A stretch of 63,998 nucleotides of DNA, counting the filler, from an uncultured bacterium (GTDB lineage: Bacteria > Latescibacterota > UBA2968), in NCBI GenBank assembly GCA_964471275.1. It is 4 parts of 4 records of this genome, joined end to end, with 100 filler letters (N's around TTAATTAATTAA, not from the genome) between each part and the next. Parts side by side here need not be neighbours in the genome. Positions count along the whole stretch, not along the records: positions 1 to 16,108 come from CAYYGZ010000093.1; positions 16,209 to 32,235 come from CAYYGZ010000095.1; 2 more parts are not named here. One strand, written 5' to 3'. Shown here piece by piece: positions 9,361-19,462 of this stretch. A program made the translations under genes and the position numbers. The notes under the pieces were generated by a model. That model had not been told where the DNA came from. It did no database searches and saw only the letters and a program-made list of their open reading frames with translations. Position 1 is the first letter of the stretch. Every line of letters begins with the position of its first letter.

Positions 9361-10860
9361 ATGTTTGGACTCCATTACCTGGACTTCGCCACACTCGTTC
9401 TGTATCTGCTCGGCATCACCGTCATCGGCTTCCTCGCTTCGCGTGGGGTGAAGAAGTCGATCGACTACTTTATGGGAGGGCGCCGATTCGGAAAGGCGAT
9501 GCTCATCATGCACGCCTTCGGGACCGGCACGCATACCGACCAGGCCGTCAACGTCGTCGGCGCTTCCTACAAACTCGGTCTCGCAGGCATCTGGTATGCC
9601 TGGCTCCCTCTGTTTGTCACTCCCTTCTACTGGATCATGATGCCGCTCTTCCGCCGGATGCGTTACATCACCACCGGCGACTTTTTCGACGAGCGATTCG
9701 GGATGGGACTCGGACGCGTCTACTCCGTGTTCGGAATCTTCTACTACGTCCTCTCGATGGGCATCATGCTCAAGGGCACGGGCAAGATGGCGAGCGGTGT
9801 CACCGGGGGTGCAGTCAGCCCCGAGATCTGCATCCTCATTATGTCGGCCATGTTCCTGTTCTACGGACTGATCGGAGGGCTTCAGGCCGCCGTTGTGACC
9901 GACTTCATCCAGGGCATATTCATCATCATCCTGTCGTTCATCCTTTGGCCGTTTATGCTTGCACAGCTCGGCGGCTTCTCGGGGATGCACGAGGTCCTTC
10001 CCCTGGAGACATTCAGCCTGACGATTCCAGGAGATCCACCGGATGGCTATGATCGAATCACCTTCGGGTTCGTCCTGATCCTCACGATCAACACCATCTT
10101 CAATATCCCGGGTCAGCCGCACTGTATGGAAATGGGCGGGTCCGGAAAAACCGAGTGGGAGGGCCGTGTCGGGTTTACCTACGGGAACATGGTCAAGCGA
10201 TTCTGCACCATCGCCTGGGCCTTCATCGGTGTCGGCGCGATCGCCATCTACCCGAACCTCACGGATCCCGAGCTTGCGTTCGGCCAGGCCACCCGGGACT
10301 TGCTCCCCGTCGGTCTTGTTGGCGTCATGCTCGCATCGATGATCGCGGCCGTGATGTCATCGTGCGACTCGTTTATGGTCGACGGATCCGCCCTCTTCGT
10401 CGAGAACATCTACCGACCGGTATTCGCACGAAACAAGGAGGATCATCACTACCTGAGCGTCGGCCGGATCGCGGGCGTGGCGATGGTCGTTGGCGGCATT
10501 CTGATCACCGAGCTGTTCGACAGCGTCGTTGACCTCTGGCGTTTCCTGCAGCCGATGTCCGCCTTCTGGGGCATTGCAATCTGGGGCGGAATCATCTGGC
10601 GAAGATGCAACGGCTACGGAGCCTGGGCAGGCATCCTGGGATCGATTGGGATATGGGCCTACTGCAACTACGAACTGGGGATGGAACTGCAGGACATGAT
10701 TCTGTGGTATCTGTCAGGCGGGATACTGCTGATGATTGGAACATCCAGATCGACCCCGGCGATGTCGGGGGCTGCACTCGACAAGTTCTACGACTTCATG
10801 CACACGCCGATCGGCCAGGAGCAGCAGTTGGTCGAAAAGGGCTACGAAATCAGAGAGTAG
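9361..10860 (+). CDS. Sodium:solute symporter family protein
   Basis: DYFMGGRRFG, FFDERFG, GGLQAAVVTDFIQG, AAVMSSCDS; about 13 hydrophobic segments. Confidence 0.92.
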   Translation: MFGLHYLDFATLVLYLLGITVIGFLASRGVKKSIDYFMGGRRFGKAMLIMHAFGTGTHTDQAVNVVGASYKLGLAGIWYAWLPLFVTPFYWIMMPLFRRMRYITTGDFFDERFGMGLGRVYSVFGIFYYVLSMGIMLKGTGKMASGVTGGAVSPEICILIMSAMFLFYGLIGGLQAAVVTDFIQGIFIIILSFILWPFMLAQLGGFSGMHEVLPLETFSLTIPGDPPDGYDRITFGFVLILTINTIFNIPGQPHCMEMGGSGKTEWEGRVGFTYGNMVKRFCTIAWAFIGVGAIAIYPNLTDPELAFGQATRDLLPVGLVGVMLASMIAAVMSSCDSFMVDGSALFVENIYRPVFARNKEDHHYLSVGRIAGVAMVVGGILITELFDSVVDLWRFLQPMSAFWGIAIWGGIIWRRCNGYGAWAGILGSIGIWAYCNYELGMELQDMILWYLSGGILLMIGTSRSTPAMSGAALDKFYDFMHTPIGQEQQLVEKGYEIRE

Positions 10861-11017
10861 GCCTGTCACCACTGCCGTGTGACTGAACCCCGTCGATGCA
10901 GAGATGCTGTGATGTAGTGCTCGATTCCAGATCGACACAACACCGTACGTTCGCGTGGTCCCGAACGAAGTTCAGGACATATCGAGAGCCGGTCAAACCC
11001 TCTGCTCCATCGCGGAC

Positions 11018-12202
11018 CTACCCACCCCACCCACCCGCAAACTGCCGCGCAATCTCCACGTACATTCGGATACCTGTCGGAATCGCCCCATCGGCAAAAT
11101 CGTAGTCCGACTGATGCAGGTTCGGATATGTGTCACAACCCGGGGGCCGTACGCCCAGAGCCAGGAACATCGCCGGAATCTGCTCCGAATAGAAAGAGAA
11201 ATCTTCTCCTCCCATCACGGGCAGCATGCTTTTTTCGCTCAGCCCGTCGATCCCGTCAACAATCCGAGCCGCATATTCACAGGCGTTCGCGTGGTTGTAA
11301 GTGATCGGATACCCGAACCGGCTCGTCACCTCCGCCCTGGCACCGAAGGCCTCGGCCGCCTTCTCTGCAATCGTCCTCAGCCGATCGTGCGCCATCTGCC
11401 GTACGTCTTCATCCAACGCGCGGATCGTGCCTTTCAGTGTCGCGGTCTGCGGGATAATATTGTAGGTCGTTCCGGCTTTCACCTCGGCAACGGTCACAAC
11501 GGCGCAGCTCAGCGGGTCCGTTGTTCGCGACACGATCGACTGAATCGCCGTGATCACGTGGGACGCAACCACGATTGGATCGACGCCAAGGTGCGGAAAG
11601 GCTGCGTGCGAACCTGTCCCTTCGATCGTGATGTCGAAGGTATCCGAACTCGCGAGAAAAGCACCGGCGTGCACACCGACCTCGCCTTGAGGTAACGCCG
11701 GCCAGCCATGAAAGCCGAAAATCGCATCGACCTTCGGGTCCTCGAGCGCACCCTCTTCGCACATCCGCTTGCCCCCGGCCCCACCTTCTTCGGCCGGCTG
11801 AAAGACAAACCTCACCGGACCTTCTAGCTCGTCTCTGATCTGACTCAGAACCTTTACCGCGCCGACCAGACAGCTTGTGTGCCCATCATGACCGCACGCG
11901 TGCATCTTGCCTGGCACCTTTGACTTGTAGGAAACATCATTCGTCTCCTCCATGGGCAATGCATCCATATCGGCGCGCAGGGCCACACACGGTCCCGACT
12001 TGTCCGCATCCAGTGTCGCGACGATTCCTGTCTCCGCTACCCCCGTTCGGATCTCCAATCCTTCGATCGACTCGATATGTTTCAAGACACGCTGGGCCGT
12101 GCCTGCTTCCTTGTAGCACAGCTCCGGGTTCTCATGAATCTCGTGCCTGAGTTCGACAATACCGCCCAGCACGTCCTCGATCAGCGGTGTAATATCTTGC
12201 AC
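11018..12202 (-). CDS. M20D family amidohydrolase
   Basis: HENPEL, LRADMDALP, MHACGHDGH, FQPAEEG, GGEDF motifs. Confidence 0.93.
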   Translation of the reverse strand: MQDITPLIEDVLGGIVELRHEIHENPELCYKEAGTAQRVLKHIESIEGLEIRTGVAETGIVATLDADKSGPCVALRADMDALPMEETNDVSYKSKVPGKMHACGHDGHTSCLVGAVKVLSQIRDELEGPVRFVFQPAEEGGAGGKRMCEEGALEDPKVDAIFGFHGWPALPQGEVGVHAGAFLASSDTFDITIEGTGSHAAFPHLGVDPIVVASHVITAIQSIVSRTTDPLSCAVVTVAEVKAGTTYNIIPQTATLKGTIRALDEDVRQMAHDRLRTIAEKAAEAFGARAEVTSRFGYPITYNHANACEYAARIVDGIDGLSEKSMLPVMGGEDFSFYSEQIPAMFLALGVRPPGCDTYPNLHQSDYDFADGAIPTGIRMYVEIARQFAGGWGG

Positions 12203-12205
12203 GTC

Positions 12206-12667
12206 CTACTCTCCTTCGGTAAGACCTTCAGATCTAGCTAGAAGCCGATCCATCGACAGAGGGGATCGATCGACTACAACCACAACACAGCTCAACATCA
12301 TCAGCACTACGACCCGCATCGCGGCTGTCCCCAACGATCCGCCACCGCCGTCAAACCCGAAACACCCACACGAGAAATCCGCACCGCGGTAAAGATTGAC
12401 TCCGATGGCGATCGCAAAGGCCACCAGCAATCCCAGTGTCGTAAGTGCGGCACCACGAACTCTAAGTCCTGCGATCAACAGCACACCCGAGACGACCTCG
12501 ACCCACGGTACAACCACCGCAAACGCGTGGATGGTCTCAATCGGCAGAACATCGTAGGCCTTGATGGTTTCCGCAAAGAGAGCGGGTTCCGGGATCTTCA
12601 GAGCGCCGGCATAGAGAAGCAGGCTCCCGACGAGCAGACGCGATACAGTCGCCACGAGTTCGATCAT
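12206..12667 (-). CDS. MauE/DoxX family membrane protein
   Basis: RLLVG..LYAGALKI..F...I.AY, PWVE, SCGCFG motif. Confidence 0.85.
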   Translation of the reverse strand: MIELVATVSRLLVGSLLLYAGALKIPEPALFAETIKAYDVLPIETIHAFAVVVPWVEVVSGVLLIAGLRVRGAALTTLGLLVAFAIAIGVNLYRGADFSCGCFGFDGGGGSLGTAAMRVVVLMMLSCVVVVVDRSPLSMDRLLARSEGLTEGE

Positions 12668-12668
12668 A

Positions 12669-13181
12669 TCAGCCGCCCTCGGCTTTGTCTGCAAGAACAG
12701 GATGCCCGGCCAACACCCACGCCTGCCAACCCGTGTAGAAACAACCGACATTCGTGAAGCCCTGTTCCACCAGAAGCCGCGCCATCTTCGTGCTGCTCTG
12801 GCAGCTGCCCCCCGAGCAGTAGGCGACGATCCGCTTGTCCCAGGGAACGTCACCCAGCACGTCGGACCATCGTTCGGCAAACCCGTAAACCTCGAGGTGC
12901 CTTGCGTCTGGAATATGCCCTGCGAGGTAAGCCGACGGGGAGCGCACATCCACGAAAAGGGCCCCACGATCGAAATCTTCTTTCGCCTGATCCAGGGTTG
13001 TATGGATCCCCTCCAGATGCAGACTCCACTGGATCGCCGTCTCCGGACGGGATACGGCAGGTGTCCGCAGTGGGATCCCGTTCTCCGAAACCGCGTTGTG
13101 CGCAACCCCAACCACTGTCGCGCACAGAACAATCGCCATTGCTTCTGCGCCGAGGCGCGTCGCTGTTATCCCTCTTCCCAT
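12669..13181 (-). CDS. Membrane-anchored rhodanese-like domain protein
   Basis: FVDVRSPSAYLAGHIPDA, AYCSGGSC, GWQAW; N-terminal TM segment. Confidence 0.88.
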   Translation of the reverse strand: MGRGITATRLGAEAMAIVLCATVVGVAHNAVSENGIPLRTPAVSRPETAIQWSLHLEGIHTTLDQAKEDFDRGALFVDVRSPSAYLAGHIPDARHLEVYGFAERWSDVLGDVPWDKRIVAYCSGGSCQSSTKMARLLVEQGFTNVGCFYTGWQAWVLAGHPVLADKAEGG

Positions 13182-13555
13182 ACCCTCACCAAGTGTTATC
13201 TCGGGTGTTCATACACAAACGCAACTCAAAGACACCGTGTTCCTGAGTGCCGCCAGCACAGATTCCAGCGTTGGGCTATGTATCGGAGGACCGGTTGTGA
13301 CGCGGCAGATCAGACAAGCAACTTCCGGCACACGACACTAACCATTCTCCACAACCCGTCCCGCGATCGGCCCTTCGTTGTGCACGATCATCCCCCGTTA
13401 TTGACCACATCACCAACCCCTGAATGATTGTACTCTCCCGGATCTCGATATCTCGCCTGTGAATACTCCCGTCCGTCTCGATTACCAGCCCCTTCTCGCC
13501 TATCTCAGTCTCACCCAAGCACTACAAGCTAAGCGCTCTTCCTCTCGCCACTCCC

Positions 13556-14589
13556 TCATGTCCGAACAAACAGAATCCCCGCCCACTCCTCCGCCTTTAG
13601 ATCCATCACTCGCGTGTGGAATCGGAATCCGTATCGCTCCACCGTTCCGCCATCTGTCGGCCCGATCAGAATCGTCGCGTGTTCCAGATCTTCATTCGAA
13701 ACCACCCGCCAGTCAGGCTTCTCCAGATCGAATGAGACCCCACGCCGGCGGCGCTCCCGCTGGTTGATTTCTGCGGCCCTCATCCAGGGCATATCCTTGT
13801 CCTTCAGGTAACCCACGATGTCACGCAGCCCCCCTCTGACGTCGTCGTCGCTCGTGTGGGCCGGATGAAACAGATAGTGGGCGATACCGTGATGTCGCAT
13901 CACCTGGTCGGCCAGCAGTCGTCCGAGATGTACAAAACACTGGCGGTTCAGATCCTGAACAGTCAGGGGAATCTCGAGCACATCGATAAACAGGGACTGC
14001 CCTTCTGCGTCATCCATCGGAAAATAGGGATGGCATCCGCCGAAGGGAAAACTGTTGCTGTAGGGCGTGTTCGGATCGCGTGTCTGATTGGCCGCGATGC
14101 CCAGCTGCTCGCACCAGCGGAAGAACGCCCGAAAGATGATCGCCCGGAGCTCATCCCCGATGGGCTCGAAGAACGCGAGATTACCGGCCTCCCCCGGTAC
14201 CTCAGAGCGATCTAGATCCAGGTCCAGAACCATCACCTTGAGTGCGTCGATGCGGTTCGGCCCGATCGCCGGCGGTATCCCCCAGCCCTGCTGCATCAAC
14301 AGGATGCTGTAAACCAGATCGGGCCCGATCGTGAGCGTCCACCCCTGCCGGGCCTTGACTCGACGATGGCATCTCCCGCACCTACACCGCGCGCGATCAC
14401 CTCACCGCTCGTCGCTCTGATCCTTCGGCCTTCAAAACAGTGCAGGCTGCTGTCCAGGTCCCGAGTGATTGAATGACCGTTGTGGAGCGCCGTCAGGTAA
14501 GTCTCCGGCAGCTCCCACTGTTGCTCGGCCCGGACAACTGCGTCCATACCCGACATCCCACCCAACGCGATCAGCGGGTCGACGGCCAC
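13556..14589 (-). pseudogene. Frameshifted hypothetical protein, weakly polysaccharide-deacetylase-like
   Basis: Two ORFs joined by a frame change near 14340 (GPDLVYSILLMQQG continues in the second frame); FPFGGCHPYFP, LEIPLTVQD, HYLFHP. Confidence 0.45.
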
Positions 14590-14734
14590 ACGTCGATGCG
14601 GGTGAGGGCTCGACCGCCGCCGGACTACCAGGATTCCTCCTTGCCCTCTCGTCCGCCCCTATGCTCCTTACTCTGTGTTCTATACCCTAGACTTCCTGCG
14701 CCTCTAACGCTCACTCTTGAACGGGACGCTATCA

Positions 14735-16072
14735 ATGCCGCCTTACAAGACCATCCTCATCGACGACGACGCCTGGCCTCACTTCAATCGCGCTTCTTTC
14801 GATCAGGATAAGCTCGTCAGCTTTGGCGATTACCAATATGGTCTCTACTGGTCGGCCGACGCAACGCTCATCCTCTTCAGACGCGACCTGCGTGATGACA
14901 CGCTTCAGAAACTCCGGCTGCCCTATGTCCTCACCATCAACCCGAAGGACGGACACCGGAACACGGTAGTCGGGATCAGTCCGGAAGAGGGTCGACTGCA
15001 TCTGTCGTGGGATCACCACAACAACGACCTGCGCTACACAAAGAGCAATCCCGGCTTCCTGACGTCGCCACCGGGCACCATTCGCGTGGAAGACTTCGAA
15101 CCTGCCCAACTGCTGGTCGATAACGCGCCACAGAAAGTCACCTATCCCCGCTTCTTCAATGCCCCGAATGAGAACCTGTTCCTCATGTACCGAACGGGCA
15201 GCAGCGGCAGTGGTGACTCTGTCCTCTCACGCTACGATGCCGCTTCGGGTAGCTGGCGCATCGTCACGACGTGTCTGTTCAGCAAGGAGGGCATCTATCC
15301 ATCCTGGGAGAACAGCGACTCTCGCAACGCGTATCTCCACGATGTGTTGTTCGACCGGTCCGGCAAGCTCCACATCACCTGGGTCTACCGAGAAACAAGC
15401 AAATCCCCGGCAAGCAATCACGACCTGCACTACGCCTGGAGCGATGACGATGGTCTAACCTGGCGAAACAATGCCGGTGACCAAATCGCTGATCTTGCCG
15501 CCGGTAATCCCATCGCGCTCGCAGATCCCGGAATTATCGTCTGTGAAATCGCCGTGTATCGATGGCTAATGAATCAGTGCGGGATGACTCTCGACAGCCT
15601 GAACCGACCGCACGTTACAACTTTCCATATGCGAGAAATCTGGAAACCGGAGCCCCTTGTACACAATCCACCGGCGGAAGTATTCGACCGCTTCTTTCCC
15701 CATCATTACTGGCGCGATTCGGACGGCGTGTGGCAAGGAAGCGGACCCATCACGGATCCCGGTCGAAACGTCGAGCAACAAGGTCGGCTGCAACGACCGA
15801 ACATCGTCGTCGACAGGGAGGATAATGTATTCATCTACCACGCCACCGGGCAGGGCTACCGATGCCACACGGCGCGCGCCGCGGACGACTACGGCAAATG
15901 GACTACGCTTGCGTTAACCGGGACGGAGTTTGGTGCCACGGATGCGGGAAAGCACGACCGGAGATTGCTGCGCGACAGAGGGATTCTATCGTTTACGGCT
16001 GAGCCGGTCGTGAAGGAAGGTCAGACGGCATTCGCGATTGTAGACTTCAACGAGCAACATCTGTATCCGTGA
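14735..16072 (+). CDS. BNR-repeat (BNR_4-like) beta-propeller protein, putative polysaccharide-active
   Basis: DGHRNTVVGIS..G.LHLSWDHH, TYPRFF, YRTGSSGSGD, NHDLHYAWSDDDGLTW (Asp-box). Confidence 0.8.
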   Translation: MPPYKTILIDDDAWPHFNRASFDQDKLVSFGDYQYGLYWSADATLILFRRDLRDDTLQKLRLPYVLTINPKDGHRNTVVGISPEEGRLHLSWDHHNNDLRYTKSNPGFLTSPPGTIRVEDFEPAQLLVDNAPQKVTYPRFFNAPNENLFLMYRTGSSGSGDSVLSRYDAASGSWRIVTTCLFSKEGIYPSWENSDSRNAYLHDVLFDRSGKLHITWVYRETSKSPASNHDLHYAWSDDDGLTWRNNAGDQIADLAAGNPIALADPGIIVCEIAVYRWLMNQCGMTLDSLNRPHVTTFHMREIWKPEPLVHNPPAEVFDRFFPHHYWRDSDGVWQGSGPITDPGRNVEQQGRLQRPNIVVDREDNVFIYHATGQGYRCHTARAADDYGKWTTLALTGTEFGATDAGKHDRRLLRDRGILSFTAEPVVKEGQTAFAIVDFNEQHLYP

Positions 16073-16080
16073 ATGCCCCC

Positions 16081-16106
16081 GTCATCCTGAGTGAAACGAA
16101 GGATCT
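16081..16106. repeat. REP-like short palindromic repeat at contig end
   Basis: GTCATCCTGAGTGAAACGAAGGATCT directly after the stop; contig ends there. Confidence 0.5.
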
Positions 16107-16108
16107 CT

Positions 16109-16208
16109 NNNNNNNNNNNNNNNNNNNNNNNNNNNNNNNNNNNNNNNNNNNNTTAATTAATTAANNNNNNNNNNNNNNNNNNNNNNNNNNNNNNNNNNNN
16201 NNNNNNNN
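16109..16208. other. Artificial contig linker
   Basis: N run with central TTAATTAATTAA (stops in all frames). Confidence 0.97.
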
Positions 16209-16209
16209 T

Positions 16210-16410
16210 CAGAGTGCGGCACCCGAACCAATATCATTCTTGCTTGAAGAGACAGAAGATGGGAAATACCGGATCATCTTGAACCAGAGCGATCCGACGA
16301 ACCGAGAATCTGTCATCGTTTATACAAGGTGTCAGCTGCATCTCTGTGATGAAATGTGGTTTCAGTTGGCTGAAGAACTGAAGGATAATTCGGTTGACGA
16401 CTTGATCTGA
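16210..16410 (+). CDS. C-terminal end of a hypothetical protein (partial)
   Basis: Open frame from contig start: QSAAPEPISFLLEETEDGKYRIILNQ...DDLI*. Confidence 0.35.
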   Translation, partial: QSAAPEPISFLLEETEDGKYRIILNQSDPTNRESVIVYTRCQLHLCDEMWFQLAEELKDNSVDDLI

Positions 16411-16566
16411 AGTAGATAACCTTTCTTGAGATAGAAGGCTCCCTATCCCCCGTGTGCAATTGATGAGAATTAGATGGACATGGCAAGGAAGATTCACTGG
16501 CCCTGGCCTGTTTCAGCTCTCGATAATTTGCACGGATTCTACGTCTGAGAGAGGTGGTGAAGTTAG

Positions 16567-16767
16567 TTGCCAGAAGGTAAAGTTAAGTGGTTTAACGATT
16601 CCAAAGGCTTTGGTTTCATTGAGCAGGATGGCGGTGAGGACGTGTTCGTGCATTTCTCGGCGATCGAGGGCGAGGGCTTCAAGACACTGGCCGAGGGTGA
16701 ATCGGTTTCATTCGAAATCCAGGAAGGCCCAAAAGGCCTCCAGGCTGCGAATGTAGTCAAGATCTAG
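16567..16767 (+). CDS. csp: Cold-shock protein
   Basis: [24 protein letters not shown] (RNP1/RNP2); TTG start after GAGGTGG. Confidence 0.96.
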   Translation: MPEGKVKWFNDSKGFGFIEQDGGEDVFVHFSAIEGEGFKTLAEGESVSFEIQEGPKGLQAANVVKI

Positions 16768-16790
16768 TGCTATTGGATACGATGTAACGT

Positions 16791-16831
16791 GAGGGGCGCT
16801 GTCTTGGAGGGAGATGGCGCCCCTTCTATTC
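16791..16831 (+). terminator. Intrinsic terminator after csp
   Basis: GAGGGGCGCTGTCTT...AGATGGCGCCCCTT followed by CTATT. Confidence 0.6.
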
Positions 16832-16863
16832 TGCTGGGTAGTGGTCGCAGATCCAATCTTGTC

Positions 16864-16910
16864 TTGACACGCTAACCGGGACGGACTTACGTGTAAGTAA
16901 GTGTTTACTT
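16864..16910 (+). promoter_or_regulatory. Promoter with overlapping palindromes upstream of the ECF sigma gene
   Basis: TTGACA at 16864; ACTTACgtGTAAGT and AAGTAAgtgtTTACTT dyads over the -10/+1 region. Confidence 0.4.
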
Positions 16911-16932
16911 GTTTTGTGTCCTTGCTCAGGAT

Positions 16933-17562
16933 ATGCCTTTGCCTGCCTCGAATTCTCAGCCTGATCCCCTGATGGGTTCTGCCGCCCTCCCCGTTCCAAC
17001 AACAGACCCCGAGCTGGTGAGGCTTGCCAGGCTCGGTGATCAGGCAGCCTTCAACAGGCTTCTCATACGGTATCGGGATCGCATCTACGCGACGCTCTAC
17101 GGGCTGACGGGTGACCGGGACACCGCAGAGGATCTGCTCCAAGACGTTAGCCTGAAAGCTCATCAGTCGATTCAGCGATTCCGCGGAGATTCACAGTTCT
17201 ATACCTGGTTGTACCGGGTAGCTGTGAACCGATGGAAGGATTGGCGTATATCGGTATCACGGCGTCGAGAAGATGTTCTCGAGGACGTAATAGAGCGTAC
17301 TACAAGCCCCCACAGAACTGACGCCGCTGTTGAACGTGCCGAAGTGCGAGAGATTCTGACACAAGCTCTTGCTGAGCTTCCGGACTTGTGGCGACAGGTG
17401 ATTGTGCTGCGCGAGATCGATGATCTCACTTATGAGGAAATCGCCGATGTGCTTTCCTGCTCTGTAGGGACGGTGAAGTCGAGACTCTTCCGCGCTCGCG
17501 GAAGGCTACGCGACTTACTCGCTCAGGATCACAGCGAGTTCGAACATATCATCCCGACCTGA
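16933..17562 (+). CDS. ECF sigma-70 factor (RpoE-like)
   Basis: GDQAAFNRL, AEDLLQD, FRGDSQFYTWLYRVAVN, LTYEEIA..GTVKSRLFRAR. Confidence 0.93.
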   Translation: MPLPASNSQPDPLMGSAALPVPTTDPELVRLARLGDQAAFNRLLIRYRDRIYATLYGLTGDRDTAEDLLQDVSLKAHQSIQRFRGDSQFYTWLYRVAVNRWKDWRISVSRRREDVLEDVIERTTSPHRTDAAVERAEVREILTQALAELPDLWRQVIVLREIDDLTYEEIADVLSCSVGTVKSRLFRARGRLRDLLAQDHSEFEHIIPT

Positions 17563-17583
17563 TGCTCGTCCCGCATTGTCCTC

Positions 17584-18222
17584 CTACCCAGATCCAGCAG
17601 ATTGTCCCGCTTCGTTTGCAGAATCCCTTGAGGTGACGAATCGTAGTACTGTCCAGAGGAACAGCCCAATATGCAGGCAGGTCGGCAGGCTCGCAGATAT
17701 ACCCATCGTTACGCCAAAGTAGATATTTCGGATGTTCGCGAATGAGTTCAGCAGTGCGCTCGTCAGCATGTCTGTATACCGATCCTGTCGAGCACCCAGG
17801 GCTTCGTCTCCGAACAAAGCCGCGTCCGGTGTCAGCGCGTGTATCAGCTAGCCCGAGAGTATGAACACCAGCAGAACCCAGGGCGTTGCCAGGACAGCGA
17901 TGACCCCATCCAGAGACAGGTGGCCAATGTAGCGCAGTATACTCCTGGTCCTGAGCGATTGTCTGATGATATAGGGTGTCACAAAGAAAGAGAGACTGTC
18001 GAAGGTGGCACCGAATAAGCCGACAGGAAACTGGATCTTAAAGTAATGTCGGCCCTGCAGATACTCTGGGAAAGCGGTGAGCAGGCCGAACCTGTATTAC
18101 GATATGTTCAGGATCACAAAGAACAGGTAGAGCTTTGGGTAGAACGATCGCGTGACCGCACGCCTCTCCTCATACTCGTCCAACAGAGCGGCGAGCGAAC
18201 GCAGCCAGAGAGAGATGATCAA
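17584..18222 (-). pseudogene. Membrane protein pseudogene with two in-frame stops
   Basis: Single frame LIISLWLRS...FFVILNIS*YRFGLLTAFPE...HYFKIQFPVGLFGATFDSLSFFV...FILSG*LIH...NIYFGVTMGISASLPT (TAA and TAG). Confidence 0.6.
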
Positions 18223-18436
18223 CAGTATGTCTCCTCCGAGAAATGGATCTTCAAGATTTCGCGATCTGACTCAGCGAGAATGCGTGGCGTGGTGGCACGG
18301 TGAGAAATTGCAGAACATCGTGGATCTTGCGGTATGGCACTCGTATCGTATCCCGGAAGTTTCTTCACCCAGTTTGCTTCACGGAGCCGGTTCTTTGATA
18401 CACCCTCAGCCGCACAGACCTGCGGCAGAGGGCACT

Positions 18437-18466
18437 CCTGCCTTCGCCAAGGCTTCATCGGACAGG
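18437..18466. repeat. REP-like short palindrome
   Basis: Minus strand CCTGTCCGATGAAGCCTTGGCGAAGGCAGG, resembling common GAAGCCTTGGCGAAGGC intergenic repeats. Confidence 0.35.
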
Positions 18467-18547
18467 CGGGATGAACGGTGGTTATCCTCCTAGATATGCA
18501 AAGAACTCCTGGCACGTCATACTAGATCATTGTCCAGTTTCCTCTGT

Positions 18548-19113
18548 CTACAGGTGTGCCCAGATGCGGTCTGCGATGTAAGCGTGACCTTCGGAGTTGA
18601 AGTGCATGCCGTCGGCATCGATAAACGTATTGTATTTGGCTTTGTCTATCTCGCTATGAATGTCCAGAATCTCGACTCCCACTTCGCGTGCGGCCTGTCG
18701 GCCGATGGTGACATAGGACTCGACCAACGTCTTCTCCAACCCTCGATCAAGGTAGTTGACGGGATATTGTGTCGTGTATAGGACACGACATCGATTCTTC
18801 AGGTTCTCCAGGATGGTGTGGACGTTGGCATCGTGGCGTTTGAGTGGCACACGTTTGTCCGATTTGCTATCGGGCGATCGCGGTACGTCGTTGATGCCGA
18901 GCGCGATAATGGCGATGTCGGTCGGATTCTGAATCGGGATTTCAGATAGACGTAAGATCATATCGTCTGTCGTGTGTCCACCGATACCGAGATTTTCGGA
19001 TGAACCCAACCCCTCCTGCTGAAGTCGTTTGCCGATGCGGACAATGAACCCGCCACCCTCGGTGTCANNNNNNNNNNCGCTGTACTCGCTCCGAAGCTGA
19101 ATGCTCTGATCAT
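18548..19113 (-). CDS. SGNH/GDSL hydrolase (spans a 10-N gap)
   Basis: MIRAFSFGASTA (block I variant), NLGIGG, LGIND, DGMHFNSEGH. Confidence 0.8.
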
Positions 19114-19402
19114 GGTCGTTCCCTGTATCGTTTCTGGTGGGGTCTATACGATGGGTCTCTCACGGTGGGCGTTACGTAATACCGGTCAATCGGGAGTGTT
19201 GCTCTTGCTTGGGTGAGTGTCTCTTGCATCTGTGGCCTGCGCACGGTTACCTCGGATTAGAGATCTGAGTTTTCCCCCACAAGCAGCTGTGAAGAAACCG
19301 GTGGGGAATGTAAGAGGTATCGACTCTTTGCCATCATGCCCGTTAGCGGCGGATCCCACCACACAGGTCGGCCACATAATAGACAGCACCTCCCGGGTGA
19401 TC

Positions 19403-19440
19403 AAAGAGAAACGCCCCGCCGAAAAATGTCGACGGGGCGT
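19403..19440 (-). terminator. Intrinsic terminator after glutamine synthetase
   Basis: Minus strand ACGCCCCGTCGA-cattt-TCGGCGGGGCGT then TTCTCTTT. Confidence 0.7.
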
Positions 19441-19462
19441 CTTGTTCCTGCTCGAAGATCCG

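Noticed and set aside
13241..13390. Possible fourth copy of the CCTGAGT element (CCTGAGTGCC...GGCCCTTCGTTGTGCACG)
   Set aside because: No matching right end and only short matches; cannot be supported by eye.
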